IMG/VR virus record: IMGVR_UViG_3300037264_006630
Span: 1 to 64,000 of that record
Length of the DNA: 64,000 bases
Origin: a virus
Direction: 5' to 3' (one strand)
Part shown: in pieces, positions 27,747 through 37,967 of the stretch
How the letters are laid out: every line of letters begins with the position of its first letter
How positions within the stretch are numbered: the first letter of the stretch is position 1
Translations under genes and position numbers: made by a program
Notes under the pieces: model-generated
What the model was told of the DNA's origin: nothing
Seen by the model: the letters and a program-made list of their open reading frames with translations, nothing else
The model's database searches: none

Positions 27747-28644
27747 AACGAACCCGACCGTCCTGGTGTTGGAGGATCTGGTGAAGTCGGTGAAGGACGG
27801 GGCGATGCTGCGCAAGACGGCGCTGTCGATCGCGCGCATCGCCTTCCCCGGCCTCGCGGGGCTGGAAGACCTCTTCCCTCTGACGCTCATGACGCCGGCC
27901 GAGGCGGCGCAGTCGCAGGGCTTCCCGCTGGTCGTGCCCGCGGTCCGGGGCGCGCGGGCAACCGTCGTCGACCCGCCCTACAGTGACGCGGTCGGTCCCG
28001 GCGGCATCGACCGGATGATCGTGGACAAGCTCACGCAGAAGGCGGCTCTCGCCCGAGAGTTCGACGAGGTGAAGGTCGTGAACCGCCGCGCCGAGGCCAC
28101 CCTCATCGACTGGTCGGTGACGGAAGCGGCGCTCGCCGACTTCAAGTCCACGGAGAAGCTGCGGGCCGAGAAGCGCGCCAAGGAGGTCGCGATCAACGCC
28201 CGGCTGGTGGTCTTGCAGGGCAAGGACGCGATCGGGAAGGTCGGGCACGCCAGCCTCGAGAAGCAGCGCGCGGAGGGCGCGCTCGAAGGCTGTCGCCTCG
28301 ATCTGCGCGATGGCCGCCCGCTCGCGACCTACTGGCCCTGGGTTCCGATCACCGAGGCCAACCAGGATCTCTGGTTCGTGGTCGACCTCGAGTCGACCCC
28401 GCCGACTGACGCCGCCCTCATCGCCGCCTACCAGGAAGCGCAGCGCGACGACGCGAAGGGCCTCGTCAGGATCGGCCGTGGTACGGACTGGATCCATGCC
28501 CTGATCGTCGGTGACCACGCCATCGACATCGACTTGGTGCGCGCCGCCTGGAGCCGTGGGCTCGCCGAGCGAACCACGGCCTCCGACCGTGCCCGCAAGT
28601 ACCGCATCACCTGCCAGGGCGATCACCCCCTGGACTACGACTGA
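27739..28644 (+). CDS. Hypothetical protein
   Basis: Starts at the operator ATG; high GC3. Confidence 0.8.
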   Translation: MKATNPTVLVLEDLVKSVKDGAMLRKTALSIARIAFPGLAGLEDLFPLTLMTPAEAAQSQGFPLVVPAVRGARATVVDPPYSDAVGPGGIDRMIVDKLTQKAALAREFDEVKVVNRRAEATLIDWSVTEAALADFKSTEKLRAEKRAKEVAINARLVVLQGKDAIGKVGHASLEKQRAEGALEGCRLDLRDGRPLATYWPWVPITEANQDLWFVVDLESTPPTDAALIAAYQEAQRDDAKGLVRIGRGTDWIHALIVGDHAIDIDLVRAAWSRGLAERTTASDRARKYRITCQGDHPLDYD

Positions 28645-28696
28645 TCGCAACGCCGCAACGCAACACCAGCAACCGCATCCAGAGGAAGACACCACC

Positions 28697-29266
28697 GTGC
28701 AGACCGCACCGACCGAGTTTCAGTCCCGCCAAGGCGACGTGTTCATCTACACCGCCGAGGTCCCCGACAACCTCAAGCCGGCGAAGAAGGAGGCCCTCGG
28801 TCTCGTCCTCGCCGCGGGCACGGCGACCGGGCATCACCACCGCATCGCGCCCAAGTTCAAGACCGCCACCCTCCTCCGCACCGAGGACGGCACCCGCACC
28901 TACCTGCGGGTCACGGCGCCGGCCAAGGCCACCGCCAAGCTCAAACCCGCCCTCGCGCAGGCCGCCGAGAAGGCGCGTGCGGTCGCGGCGCCTCTCCAGG
29001 TCCGCCTCGCCGAGCTCGACGCCAAGAACACCGGCCCCACGCCGTCCGACATCGACACCGAGATCGACGCGCTCGAGGCCGAGATCCACACCGCCCTCGA
29101 ACCCGACCGCATCTACCGCGCGGCGAAGCGCGAAGTCGACCTCGCCAACGGCGCCGTCCTGCTCACCCACGACGAGCACGACGAGGTGGTGATCCCGCCC
29201 GGCGACTACGAGGTCTACATCCAGCGCGAGTACCAGCCCGACGGCGTCCGCCAGGTGCAGGACTGA
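28697..29266 (+). CDS. Conserved phage 'RQGDV...GH.H...HxEH...QREY' protein with helical insertion
   Basis: Motifs typical of the small partner upstream of DUF6745 genes. Confidence 0.8.
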   Translation: MQTAPTEFQSRQGDVFIYTAEVPDNLKPAKKEALGLVLAAGTATGHHHRIAPKFKTATLLRTEDGTRTYLRVTAPAKATAKLKPALAQAAEKARAVAAPLQVRLAELDAKNTGPTPSDIDTEIDALEAEIHTALEPDRIYRAAKREVDLANGAVLLTHDEHDEVVIPPGDYEVYIQREYQPDGVRQVQD

Positions 29267-29274
29267 TCACCACC

Positions 29275-30717
29275 ATGGCCCCCATCAAGAAGCTCTACTC
29301 CTTCACCGACCATCCGGATCACGAGGCGCAGCTCGCCGAGTGGGCGAAGCGCTGGATCGACAACGCCTTCTCGACCAAGCCGATGGACGAGGACGACAAG
29401 GCCGCGATGGTCGTCGCCGTCAACGGCATGTACGCCGCCGCCGGCCTGCCCCCGCCCGAGGTCATCTCCTTCGCCGACGGCCCGGTCACTGGCCAGATCG
29501 CCGCCGGCGTCTCGGCCGGTATCTACTGGATCCGCGACAACCCCGACAAGCACGTCGAGATCTTCGGCCGCGTGGTCACCGAGGCCGAGACGAAGGCCGC
29601 TGCGGAGATCGCGACCAAGTACGCGACAGCGCATGCGCTCGGCCTCCCCGTCGAGCCTCTTCCGGCGGCCACCGAGAACGCCACCTGGAACGCCACCTGG
29701 AACGCCACCAGGAACGCCACCAAGAACGCCACCTGGAACGCCACCAGGAACGCCACCAAGAACGCCACCTGGAACGCCACCTGGAACGCCACCTGGAACG
29801 CCACCTGGAACGCCACCTGGAACGCCACCTGGAACGCCACCTGGAACGCCACCGAGAACGCCACCTGGAACGCCACCTGGAACGCCACCAGGAACGCCAC
29901 CAGGAACGCCACCGAAGGCGGCGATCTGCTCGCGATCGTTCGGTATCTCGTCATGTGTACGAACGGCGCGTGGTCGATGCGCGACGGCGGCAACCAGTGG
30001 TCGTACGACATCGCGTTCATGTCGTTCTTCCGGCACATCGCGAAGCTCGAGTTGCCCGAGTTCGAGGCGTTCAAGCACTACGAGAACGCGGCCGTCCACG
30101 GGAGCGTGCGGTGGATGCACCCCAAGTTCGTCATCGTGGCGGACCGGCCGCTTGAGCTGCACGTGGACGAGCGCAACCGGCCCCACCGGGTCGGCGGACC
30201 GTTCTGCCGCTGGTCGGACGGGATCGAGCTCTACTACGTGGCCGGGGTGCAGGTCCCGAAGAAGCTCGCGCTGGGGGACTTCACCGCACAGGAGGTGATG
30301 GACCAGAGCAACGCCGAGGTGCGCCGGATCATGGTCGACGTGTACGGCCGGGACCGCTGGCTTCGCGACCTCAACCCGACCGTGCTGCACGAGGACAAGG
30401 ACCAGTACGGCCGGCCACGGCGCCTGCTCCGGGTCGACCTGCGCGACGACGAGCCGGTGGTCGTCATCGAACTGGTCAACTCGACGCCCGAGCCGCGCGA
30501 GGAGGAGGGCAAGCACGCCGAGCTCTGGCGCGGTCGCTACCGCGGCGAGCGCAACCGGGGCTTCAAGGTGTACCGCCTCCGGGTGGACGCCGATCTGCGG
30601 CCCCTGCCTCGGGAGGGGCGTCCGACCGGGCGCGGTCAGGAGCTGACCTGCCACAACGCCGTCGCCTCGCTGCACGCCATGCGCGGCGCCGACTACCACC
30701 CCGTCATCGAGACCTGA
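29275..30717 (+). CDS. DUF6745-like protein with tetrapeptide repeats
   Basis: [38 protein letters not shown]; NAEVRRIM. Confidence 0.85.
   Translation: MAPIKKLYSFTDHPDHEAQLAEWAKRWIDNAFSTKPMDEDDKAAMVVAVNGMYAAAGLPPPEVISFADGPVTGQIAAGVSAGIYWIRDNPDKHVEIFGRVVTEAETKAAAEIATKYATAHALGLPVEPLPAATENATWNATWNATRNATKNATWNATRNATKNATWNATWNATWNATWNATWNATWNATWNATENATWNATWNATRNATRNATEGGDLLAIVRYLVMCTNGAWSMRDGGNQWSYDIAFMSFFRHIAKLELPEFEAFKHYENAAVHGSVRWMHPKFVIVADRPLELHVDERNRPHRVGGPFCRWSDGIELYYVAGVQVPKKLALGDFTAQEVMDQSNAEVRRIMVDVYGRDRWLRDLNPTVLHEDKDQYGRPRRLLRVDLRDDEPVVVIELVNSTPEPREEEGKHAELWRGRYRGERNRGFKVYRLRVDADLRPLPREGRPTGRGQELTCHNAVASLHAMRGADYHPVIET
29668..29916 (+). repeat. About 21 tandem 12-bp units AACGCCACC(TGG/AGG/AAG/GAG)
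   Basis: Encodes (NATW/R/K/E)n. Confidence 0.97.
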
Positions 30718-30742
30718 CGGTCCGAAGGCGCCGCGCCCTCCC

Positions 30743-31123
30743 ATGCTGACTGGTCCCCTCGAGTACCGCATCCGCGTTCAGGTCCGGCTCACCTTGGACG
30801 AGGCCGCCGCCCTCAAAACCTGCGCTGACCACCACTACGACCACAAGGTCAAGGAGTCGGGACGGGAAGGCGCCATCGCGCGGCTGGCGAAGTACGCCAC
30901 CATGCGCGCCGAGCACCCGCCGCGAGACGGGGAGGATGACGACGGCTTCTTCTGCGCCCTCTCCACGTGCGAGATCGACACCATGATGAAGGCGCTCGAG
31001 CAGGCGCGTCACCACGACGCGACCACCGCCGAGATCGGCGCCGCGCTCAAGGACGAGTTGCGGGAAGCCTTCGGCCGCGCCACCGCCGAGTGGTGCCGCC
31101 TCTCCGGAGTGAAGACACCATGA
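30743..31123 (+). CDS. Hypothetical protein
   Basis: High GC3. Confidence 0.7.
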   Translation: MLTGPLEYRIRVQVRLTLDEAAALKTCADHHYDHKVKESGREGAIARLAKYATMRAEHPPRDGEDDDGFFCALSTCEIDTMMKALEQARHHDATTAEIGAALKDELREAFGRATAEWCRLSGVKTP

Positions 31124-31482
31124 TCGGTCCGGTCCGACTTACCCTCGCTCGGCCCTGCGCCGACTGCCCCTTCCGCCGGAAGGGCGGCATCCCGCTCTGC
31201 CGGGAGCGGCTGGTCGAGATCGACAAGGCGGTGGCGCCAGCCGATGGCCAGGGCGGGAGCTTCGCCTGCCACCAGACCACCGGAGTCAAGGGCAACGCGC
31301 CCAAGACGCAGAGCCACTGCGCCGGGGCCCTGGTCTACGCCGAGAACCTCGGCCGCTCGACGCAGTACGTTCGCACCATCACGCGCCTGATGAACATCTC
31401 GGGTGAGTCGCCGCCCGAGATCGAGGGCCGCGGCGACATCGTCTCAACCCGCGCCGGGCTCATGAAGCTGGCGTTCCGGTGA
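31120..31482 (+). CDS. DUF6283-like Cys-rich protein
   Basis: PCADCPFR...FACHQT...HCAGAL. Confidence 0.7.
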   Translation: MIGPVRLTLARPCADCPFRRKGGIPLCRERLVEIDKAVAPADGQGGSFACHQTTGVKGNAPKTQSHCAGALVYAENLGRSTQYVRTITRLMNISGESPPEIEGRGDIVSTRAGLMKLAFR

Positions 31483-31495
31483 GACCCCACGTCTT

Positions 31496-31690
31496 GGAGG
31501 TGGCGGTAAGGCCGGTAGGTTCAGAGGATAGTCCGGACCCTGCTCACGCAACGGAAGGGCGGCTACGTCCGGCATCGCGCGGGAATCGGCTCAGGCCGTA
31601 GCCAGCGCCTGGCAGCCGGCAACGTCACAACGCCGCAGTTCGGTCCGTGTGGATCCCATTCGCCGAGTAACCCGTCCACCTCCGTCTTTT
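31496..31690 (+). ncRNA. Candidate ~190-nt structured ncRNA
   Basis: Closing stem GGAGGTGGCGG/CCGTCCACCTCC, then TCTTTT; internal GGCTACG/CGTAGCC and CCAG/CTGG. Confidence 0.5.
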
Positions 31691-31770
31691 CGCAATCACC
31701 GAGAGGAATCCAGTGAGCATCCTAGAAACAGCCCAAGCAGGCCCCGTCGTCAGATCCCTGTTGGCGTGCG

Positions 31771-32127
31771 ATGTCCAGTAGCGGCACCTGGAACGACGTC
31801 ACCTCACCGCACGAGTGCTGGTACACCGTCGGCAACGTGCTCCACGCTGGCGCGCCGCAGCTTGTCCAGTACGTCGGCCAGCACGCCGACGAGGGCGGTT
31901 GTTGGTGGCTCAAGGACACCGGGGTCGAAGCCAGCGGTGACGAGTGGCTGGTCATCCTGTCCGAGCTGATGGACGGCAAGCGCCGCACCATCGAGAAGCA
32001 CGGCGTGACGGTGGTGATCAACATGGCCGCGCTGGCGATCCTCGTCACCGAGGCCGCGGTGCAGATCGCCGCTTGGCGCACCGCCTGGGCGGCTCAGTCC
32101 ACCCCATCGCCGTCGGCCACCCCGTGA
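31771..32127 (+). CDS. Hypothetical protein
   Basis: GC3 bias. Confidence 0.6.
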   Translation: MSSSGTWNDVTSPHECWYTVGNVLHAGAPQLVQYVGQHADEGGCWWLKDTGVEASGDEWLVILSELMDGKRRTIEKHGVTVVINMAALAILVTEAAVQIAAWRTAWAAQSTPSPSATP

Positions 32128-32423
32128 GCATCGACCCGACTGTCCGCCGCATCTTCACCGGGACCGGCATCATCTCGCCCGAGATCCGCAAGCAGTACGC
32201 GCCCGCGCCTGGCACCCGTTGCAAGCGCTGCCACCGCACGGCGCCGCGCGCGGACGGCATCCCTTGCGCCCTGTGCGCGCCCAGCGACTACTCGCCCGAG
32301 GCCGCGGAGGAGCGACACCGCGAGACGGCGGCCTCGGTGGGTCGGGCGATGGGCGACCTGTTCGTCGGCGTCATGGTCCGCCACGTCCATCGCTCTGATG
32401 CGAACGACGGGTGGGGCCAGTGA
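32124..32423 (+). CDS. Hypothetical Zn-binding protein
   Basis: CKRC...CALC. Confidence 0.65.
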   Translation: MSIDPTVRRIFTGTGIISPEIRKQYAPAPGTRCKRCHRTAPRADGIPCALCAPSDYSPEAAEERHRETAASVGRAMGDLFVGVMVRHVHRSDANDGWGQ

Positions 32424-32731
32424 GCAACGACTTCCACCTGCGGTGCGCCACCTGCCATCCGTCCAGCGACTCGGAGCACGGCGTCGGATTCGACATGAAC
32501 TGGCAGGGGGACCAATTGCTCGCGCTGGTCCCGCAAATGCCTCTCTTCGCTGCGGTCGGAGGAGCCGGCTACGACATCGATCCGGAGAGCCTGAACCTGT
32601 GCGGCTCGAGCGCCCTGAAAGGGCTGGCGGCGTGGGCTCTGGCGCACCGAGGCCACGTGTTCGAGGTGTGGTCGGAGTACGGCGACCGGTGGACCGGGGA
32701 GGCGGACTACGCCCGGCAGAGGGGCTTATGA
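32420..32731 (+). CDS. Hypothetical protein
   Basis: CATC...HRGH..EVWSEYG. Confidence 0.65.
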   Translation: MSNDFHLRCATCHPSSDSEHGVGFDMNWQGDQLLALVPQMPLFAAVGGAGYDIDPESLNLCGSSALKGLAAWALAHRGHVFEVWSEYGDRWTGEADYARQRGL

Positions 32732-33081
32732 CCCGCCCTCGCGTCGAGAACCTCTCCTTGGCGCTTGTCTCGGCGCGCTGCGATCAGCCCCATCGGGGCA
32801 AGGGCGCCGGCGCGCGGATGCTCACCTGTCGGTCGATCGGTTCCGGCACGGCTGCGACGATGATGCATCAAGGTCGGTGGTCGTCTGAAAGCGTGATCGG
32901 CTCGGCGCTACCGGCGGCCGGCGGCGTCGGCAGTCACGTCCTGCCCAACGCCGCGCCAGCGGTCGGCACAGGGTTCGATTCGACAGCGGTTCAGATCGTC
33001 GACTTGTTTGCCACCTGGCAGACTGCCAACGCGGGCAACACGATCCAGTGTCACCAGTTCATTCTCGAGGCACTGAACTAG
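32728..33081 (+). CDS. Chimeric ORF ending in a virion-protein-like fragment
   Basis: GTGFDSTAVQIVDLFATWQTANAGNTIQCHQFILEALN; atypical codon use. Confidence 0.5.
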   Translation: MTRPRVENLSLALVSARCDQPHRGKGAGARMLTCRSIGSGTAATMMHQGRWSSESVIGSALPAAGGVGSHVLPNAAPAVGTGFDSTAVQIVDLFATWQTANAGNTIQCHQFILEALN

Positions 33082-33082
33082 C

Positions 33083-34490
33083 GTGACCGCACGGTTCCGG
33101 CGCGGGCCTGGCGGACCTATTTCGTTCGCGCGGACGCGGCGCGCCGGCACGGTCGATATCGTCGGATCGTCGTCGCCGACGTTGGGGCAGCTCACCACCC
33201 TAGGAGAGGGCACGGTGGATGTGGTTGGCCAGGGGGCGGTCACCCTGGGGCAGCTCACCTCGGCTGGCGCTGGCACGGTCGATGTCGTCGGATCGTCGGC
33301 GGGCACACTTGGCGTGCTGACCTCGAGCGCGACCGGCACAGTGGCGGTTGCTGGTGCGGCAGCGATCAACCTTGGGGTCCTGACCTCGAGTGGCGAGGGC
33401 GTGATCCCGTCGATCGGCGCTCATGGTCGCCCGCAAGCACGCGCGCCGCATCCTGGCGGCGCTGGGAGGTGGGTCGTGACGGCCGGCCGCGAGGTCTACT
33501 GGCGGAAGGACGGGGTCGAGATCGTGTGGTCCGTGAGCGACGACGAGACGAGCGCCGAGGCGCAGATGGGGGCGCTGCGGCTGGTGGTCCAGGAGGTCGT
33601 GGCCATCGGCTACGCCTGGCGCGTCTTCTGGATGAAGGAGGGCTCGTTCCCGACGCCCACTCCCATCGAGCTTCGCTACGACGTCGCCAAGGGCGTCATC
33701 ACCGCGGCAATGAACGAGGCTGCGACGTGGGCCGTGGCTCGCCTCGACGCGCTGGCCGCCTGGTTCAGTGTGAAGCCGCCGACCATCGCGCGCCGGCACC
33801 CCAGCCCACGTCGCGCTCTGGGACGCCGTCAACGCCTACATGATCGCCTGCGGTGGTCGGCATGAGGCAAGGTCGGGCGCCCGGATGAACGCGGTCGTGA
33901 AGGTCGAAGCCGCCGCGGTCGGCTACGCCACTGAGTTGGTTGAGGCCGCCTACCGCGACGTCGCTCCGAGCCGGTGTTCGCGCGCGGCCTGTGGCGTCGT
34001 CATCGAGCCGGGGGTGGCCGGCATCCACAAGGACACCGACCTGCCCTACTGCCCCGGCTGCACGCGCCGCATCAACGAGGCCAACGGCCAGGAGCTCGTG
34101 GTGCGAGAACGGCGTCGGCCGCCGACGGTCGACCGCATCGAGGGCGCCGCTGCCCCGCCGCCGCCGCCGCTCCTGGTCGGGGTTGCGCTGACCGACCCTC
34201 GCGTCTGGCCCGAGCGCACCCACGTCATCGAGTGGACGATCCCGGCAGGCGACACGCAGTGGCAGATCCGACTCGGCTCCGAAGGCGCGTCGGAAGGCCA
34301 GGTTCGCGTGATGCGCTGGGAGCCTGCCGCGAGACACCGCGAGGCCGGCTGGTACCGGATGTCCCAGGTGGACCTCGAAGCAGACGACTACCGCATGCCC
34401 TGCTACTTGGTGCCGCTCGAGGAGGCCAGCCTCTATCCGTCTACCCGAATCGCGCAGGCCGCGATCGTGGCCGAGGCCGACGAGGCGTAG
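33083..34490 (+). CDS. Mosaic protein: 21-aa beta repeats plus phage domains; apparent +1 frameshift near 33800
   Basis: 4x GTVDxVG.....LG.LT; later frame reads ALWDAVNAYMIACGG...ARMNAVVKVE. Confidence 0.5.
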
Positions 34491-34493
34491 GTT

Positions 34494-34757
34494 GTGGCGA
34501 CTCTGCTGACCCTCACTACCTGGCCGCACCTGATGCCGGCCCCGACGTGCATCCTCACGGCGAGGCTGGCGAGCGGAGGTGAAGCCATCGCCCGCACCGT
34601 CGCCAGCAACCTGCCGGGGTTCCGGTTCGAGGTCTCAAGCCTCGAGTACACCAGCGAGCCGACCGCCGAAGAGCGCGAGGGGTTCGAGCTGGCGGTGGCG
34701 CGGATGATGATCGGTGCCGACCCACTGCCGACCGGGTGGCCCGGCAACGGCGCTTGA
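34494..34757 (+). CDS. Hypothetical protein
   Basis: Stop lies inside the next -35. Confidence 0.6.
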   Translation: MATLLTLTTWPHLMPAPTCILTARLASGGEAIARTVASNLPGFRFEVSSLEYTSEPTAEEREGFELAVARMMIGADPLPTGWPGNGA

Positions 34758-34798
34758 CGGCACCCGGGCATCGTGCGTATCGTCAAGCGCATGAACCT
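34754..34798 (+). promoter_or_regulatory. Promoter/operator (site 8)
   Basis: TTGACG-18-TATCGT-7-ATG; ATCGTGCG-N10-CGCATGAA. Confidence 0.85.
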
Positions 34799-35159
34799 GC
34801 GCGGCACCATCCTGGCCACCGTCGAGCACATGCGGGCGGTCATCCGGGGCCCGCGCATCAACCGCGACACCCTCGAGTTGCTGGCGCAGGATCTCCAGGG
34901 TGTCGGCGACGCGATGGGCCTCACCGTTGGTGAGATCGTCGTCTCGGACGAGTTCCGCGCCGGCCGCGCGTTCAAGTTCACCTCGAGCTACGGCCACACC
35001 GTCGAGGTTCGCTGCACCGACGGCGTGGTCTACGCGCGGGGTGACCACGACGGCGAGCCCTGCCCGGTCGGCGGCGACTGCCACCTGTGGGCGCCGATCA
35101 GGCTCCTGCCGATCCTCGATCTCGACATGCCGGCCGCCTTCGTCACGGAGCACAAGTGA
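34791..35159 (+). CDS. Hypothetical protein
   Basis: Starts at the operator ATG. Confidence 0.7.
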   Translation: MNLRGTILATVEHMRAVIRGPRINRDTLELLAQDLQGVGDAMGLTVGEIVVSDEFRAGRAFKFTSSYGHTVEVRCTDGVVYARGDHDGEPCPVGGDCHLWAPIRLLPILDLDMPAAFVTEHK

Positions 35160-35650
35160 TGGTCCCTTGGTACATCGCCCAGGGCCGCCCGGTGCGGAAG
35201 AACCCGAACGGCCGGGCCGGCATCATCCAGAGCGATGTGCCGTCCGAGGCCGAGTACGTCGGCGTGCAGTGGAGCGACGGCCACGCCTCGATGCAGCCGG
35301 TCGGCGAACTCATCCGCTGGGAGCCGAACGTCGGCGACCTCGTGGTCACGCTCACCGGTAGTTGGGTCGACACCGTTCTCGAGGTCCAGGACGGTCGCTA
35401 CTACTTCGCCCGGGTCGCCTGGCCACGTTTCCTGCACGAGCTCCGGCCGCGAATGCAGGACGACGTGTGGTTCCCGGTCCCGGGCGAGCAGGTCCGCATC
35501 CGCGACACCGATCAGGTCGGCATCGTGCGCCCGCCCTGGCACGACAGCGAGCGCGGCCATCGCGTCGACCTGGGTGACGGCGGCGACCGCGGCGACCGCA
35601 AGTACCTCCCCTACCAACTCGCCCCGGTGGCGCCGATGCGGGAGGTCTGA
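35159..35650 (+). CDS. Hypothetical protein with SH3/KOW-like barrel segments
   Basis: GDLVVT, GEQVRIRDTDQVGIV patterns. Confidence 0.65.
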   Translation: MVPWYIAQGRPVRKNPNGRAGIIQSDVPSEAEYVGVQWSDGHASMQPVGELIRWEPNVGDLVVTLTGSWVDTVLEVQDGRYYFARVAWPRFLHELRPRMQDDVWFPVPGEQVRIRDTDQVGIVRPPWHDSERGHRVDLGDGGDRGDRKYLPYQLAPVAPMREV

Positions 35651-36078
35651 TGTCGGTCGTCGAGGAGTACGACGAGTACGGGCCGCGGCTCAAGCCCAAG
35701 CGGCTGTCGACCTACCGATGGCGGATGACGGCGCGGCGCATGCGCGACAGCCAGTGGTTGTTCATGGAGAGGGCGGTCGCACGCGGAACGCTGTGGTTCT
35801 GCACCTGGAATCGCAGCCGCCGCGAGGAGAAGCCCGACGAGATCCGGTGCAGCCTGATTGGGGGCGACACCTACAGCCAGTGGATCCGCTGCCACCCGGA
35901 CTGGTTCGTTGTCGGTGAGTGGGACCACGCGCGAGAGGCGTTCCCGGTCCAGGTGACGGATGCCGGCCGGGCCGCTCTTGCCGACCGCGCCCCGTACGAT
36001 CACGAACCGATTGAGGGCGGCATGGTCGATCCGGGGTGGGACGCGATCCCATTCCCTCCCCGCAAGCGGAGGAACTGA
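35650..36078 (+). CDS. Trp-rich hypothetical protein
   Basis: TGATG overlaps. Confidence 0.7.
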   Translation: MSVVEEYDEYGPRLKPKRLSTYRWRMTARRMRDSQWLFMERAVARGTLWFCTWNRSRREEKPDEIRCSLIGGDTYSQWIRCHPDWFVVGEWDHAREAFPVQVTDAGRAALADRAPYDHEPIEGGMVDPGWDAIPFPPRKRRN

Positions 36079-36356
36079 TGGCGCGCCAGCCGCTCACCCC
36101 AGGACTTCTGACCTGGGCCAAGTCCGAGAAGCGTCGCTGCCCGACCTGCAAACGCCTCGTCGGCTTCGTCGGTGGCGCCTTCGCGCCGCATCCGCGCGAC
36201 CAGGGCATGTGCCCGGTGAACGAGATCCTGGGCCTCGAGCGGAAGCCAGCGCCGAGACGCCGGCCAGTGCGCGCGGCGGCGCCCGTGGCTAAGCCCGTGC
36301 CCGACCGGGTCGCCATCATGCGCGCGCTCGGCGCGAGGAAGCGGCCGACCGGATGA
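36078..36356 (+). CDS. Small basic Zn-finger-like protein
   Basis: CPTC...H...C. Confidence 0.6.
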   Translation: MARQPLTPGLLTWAKSEKRRCPTCKRLVGFVGGAFAPHPRDQGMCPVNEILGLERKPAPRRRPVRAAAPVAKPVPDRVAIMRALGARKRPTG

Positions 36357-37165
36357 GCCTGCGGTCGGTCGGCGACTTGCTGCGGAAGGTTGCGGTGCGA
36401 GCTGGCGCCGATGCGCCGGTGCGTCCCGGCCGCAAGAGCCTGCCGCTCTCGATGACCATCGCTGAGGCGGTGTCGATCGCCGGCACGCTGGGCAAGCCCT
36501 CCAAGATGCCGGGCTACTCCTACGGGCTCGATGCCCGGCGGTGCCATCGCGGCTCGGTCATGCACAAGGTGCCCGGCTCGATCTGCGCCGGCTGCTACGC
36601 GCTGACCGACTTCTACTTGACGTGGCGCGCGGCGGAGCGCGGACGTGAGCGCCGGGAGTCGGGCCTTGAGCATCCGAGGTGGGTCGATGCGATGGTGCGG
36701 CAGATCAGCCACTACTGCGTCGGCGAGAACGACTACTTCCGCTGGCACGACTCCGGCGATCTCCACAGCGTGGAGCACCTCGAGCGGATCGTTGCGGTCT
36801 GCCGCCGCACTCCGCAGGTGAAGCACTGGCTGCCCACCCGCGAGTACGAGATGGTGAAGGAGTACCGGAGCCGGCACGGCGCGTTCCCCGCCAACCTGTG
36901 CGTGCGGCTGTCGGCTCTCATGATCGACGCCGAGCCGCCGGTGGCGCTACCCGGCCAGGTCGTGCCGCCCGGCGTCATCGTCATCCCGCCCGAGCTCTAC
37001 GATCTGCCGACTTCGACCGTCCACACCCCCGGCGCACCACCGCCGCTGCACGGGGTGAAGGGCGCGATCGTGTGCCGCGCGGTCGAGTTGCGCGACAACA
37101 GGTGCGGTAAGTGTCGAGCCTGCTGGTCAAACCGCGTCCGCTGTGTGTCCTACGGCCAGCACTAA
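36353..37165 (+). CDS. Phage GP88-like Fe-S/radical-SAM-related protein
   Basis: SKMPGYSYGL..C..GS...ICAGCYA; FRWHDSGD; HWLPTRE; NLCVRLS. Confidence 0.8.
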   Translation: MSLRSVGDLLRKVAVRAGADAPVRPGRKSLPLSMTIAEAVSIAGTLGKPSKMPGYSYGLDARRCHRGSVMHKVPGSICAGCYALTDFYLTWRAAERGRERRESGLEHPRWVDAMVRQISHYCVGENDYFRWHDSGDLHSVEHLERIVAVCRRTPQVKHWLPTREYEMVKEYRSRHGAFPANLCVRLSALMIDAEPPVALPGQVVPPGVIVIPPELYDLPTSTVHTPGAPPPLHGVKGAIVCRAVELRDNRCGKCRACWSNRVRCVSYGQH

Positions 37166-37174
37166 GGAGACCCC

Positions 37175-37372
37175 ATGCCCGCCCCCGGAAGCATCACGCC
37201 GCCCGATCCCTCAACCGAAGAACAACAGCGCATCATCGACGACCTGCTGAGACAGATTCCGCGCCGGTCGCGTCGAGATGAAGATCGCAAAGGGCCCTTC
37301 AAGCCGCCCGGGATCGACAACCCGTTCCGGCGGCCTGGAATCGATAACCCCTACTCGCCACCGCCCCTCTGA
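37175..37372 (+). CDS. Small Pro-rich protein with PGIDNP repeat
   Basis: SD AAGGAG. Confidence 0.55.
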   Translation: MPAPGSITPPDPSTEEQQRIIDDLLRQIPRRSRRDEDRKGPFKPPGIDNPFRRPGIDNPYSPPPL

Positions 37373-37382
37373 TCGGACCCCG

Positions 37383-37967
37383 ATGATCCTCTCCGACAGC
37401 GCCATCGACTTCGCCCGGCAAGCCGGCCGCATCGTCATCGAGCCCTACGACCCAGCCTGCCTGGGCGGCAACAGCTACGACGTCCACCTGAGCAAGCACC
37501 TGGCGACCTACGCCTTGCCGCTCGCCCACGCGCAGCCCGGCCAGCATGCGATGTTCGAGCCGGTCTACCTGGACGTGAAGAAGGAGCCGACGGTCTACCG
37601 GTTCGAGATCCCGGAAGACGGCTACCTCCTGCGGCCGGGCGTCCTCTACCTCGCCTCGACGGAGGAGTACACCGAGACGCTCGACCACGTCCCGTACCTG
37701 GACGGCCGCAGCTCGGTCGGCCGGTACGGCGTCTCCATCCACGTCACGGCTGGCCGCGGCGACGTCGGGTTCAAGGGCCACTGGACGATGGAGATCACCG
37801 TCGTCCACCCGATCAAGGTCTACGCCGGTATGCCGATCGGGCAGCTCACCTTCCACTCGGTCCTGGGCGATGTGCAGAGCCGCTACGACACCAAGCCCGG
37901 CGCCAAGTACGCCGAGCGCGACCCGCTCCCGCAGCCGTCGCGGATGTTCAAGAACTTCACGCCATGA
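37383..37967 (+). CDS. dcd: dCTP deaminase
   Basis: MILSD, SYDVHL, LASTEE, GRSSVGRYG, AGRGDVGFKG, IGQL. Confidence 0.93.
   Translation: MILSDSAIDFARQAGRIVIEPYDPACLGGNSYDVHLSKHLATYALPLAHAQPGQHAMFEPVYLDVKKEPTVYRFEIPEDGYLLRPGVLYLASTEEYTETLDHVPYLDGRSSVGRYGVSIHVTAGRGDVGFKGHWTMEITVVHPIKVYAGMPIGQLTFHSVLGDVQSRYDTKPGAKYAERDPLPQPSRMFKNFTP

Noticed and set aside
29668-29916. Possible CRISPR array or DGR variable region
   Set aside because: Contiguous 12-bp in-frame units without spacers; no reverse transcriptase or template repeat seen
31496-31690. RNase P RNA or group I intron identity
   Set aside because: Only one short motif resembles them; the partner conserved regions are absent
33862-33888. 8-aa linker mini-ORF MRQGRAPG
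   Set aside because: Better explained by a frameshift in one continuous gene
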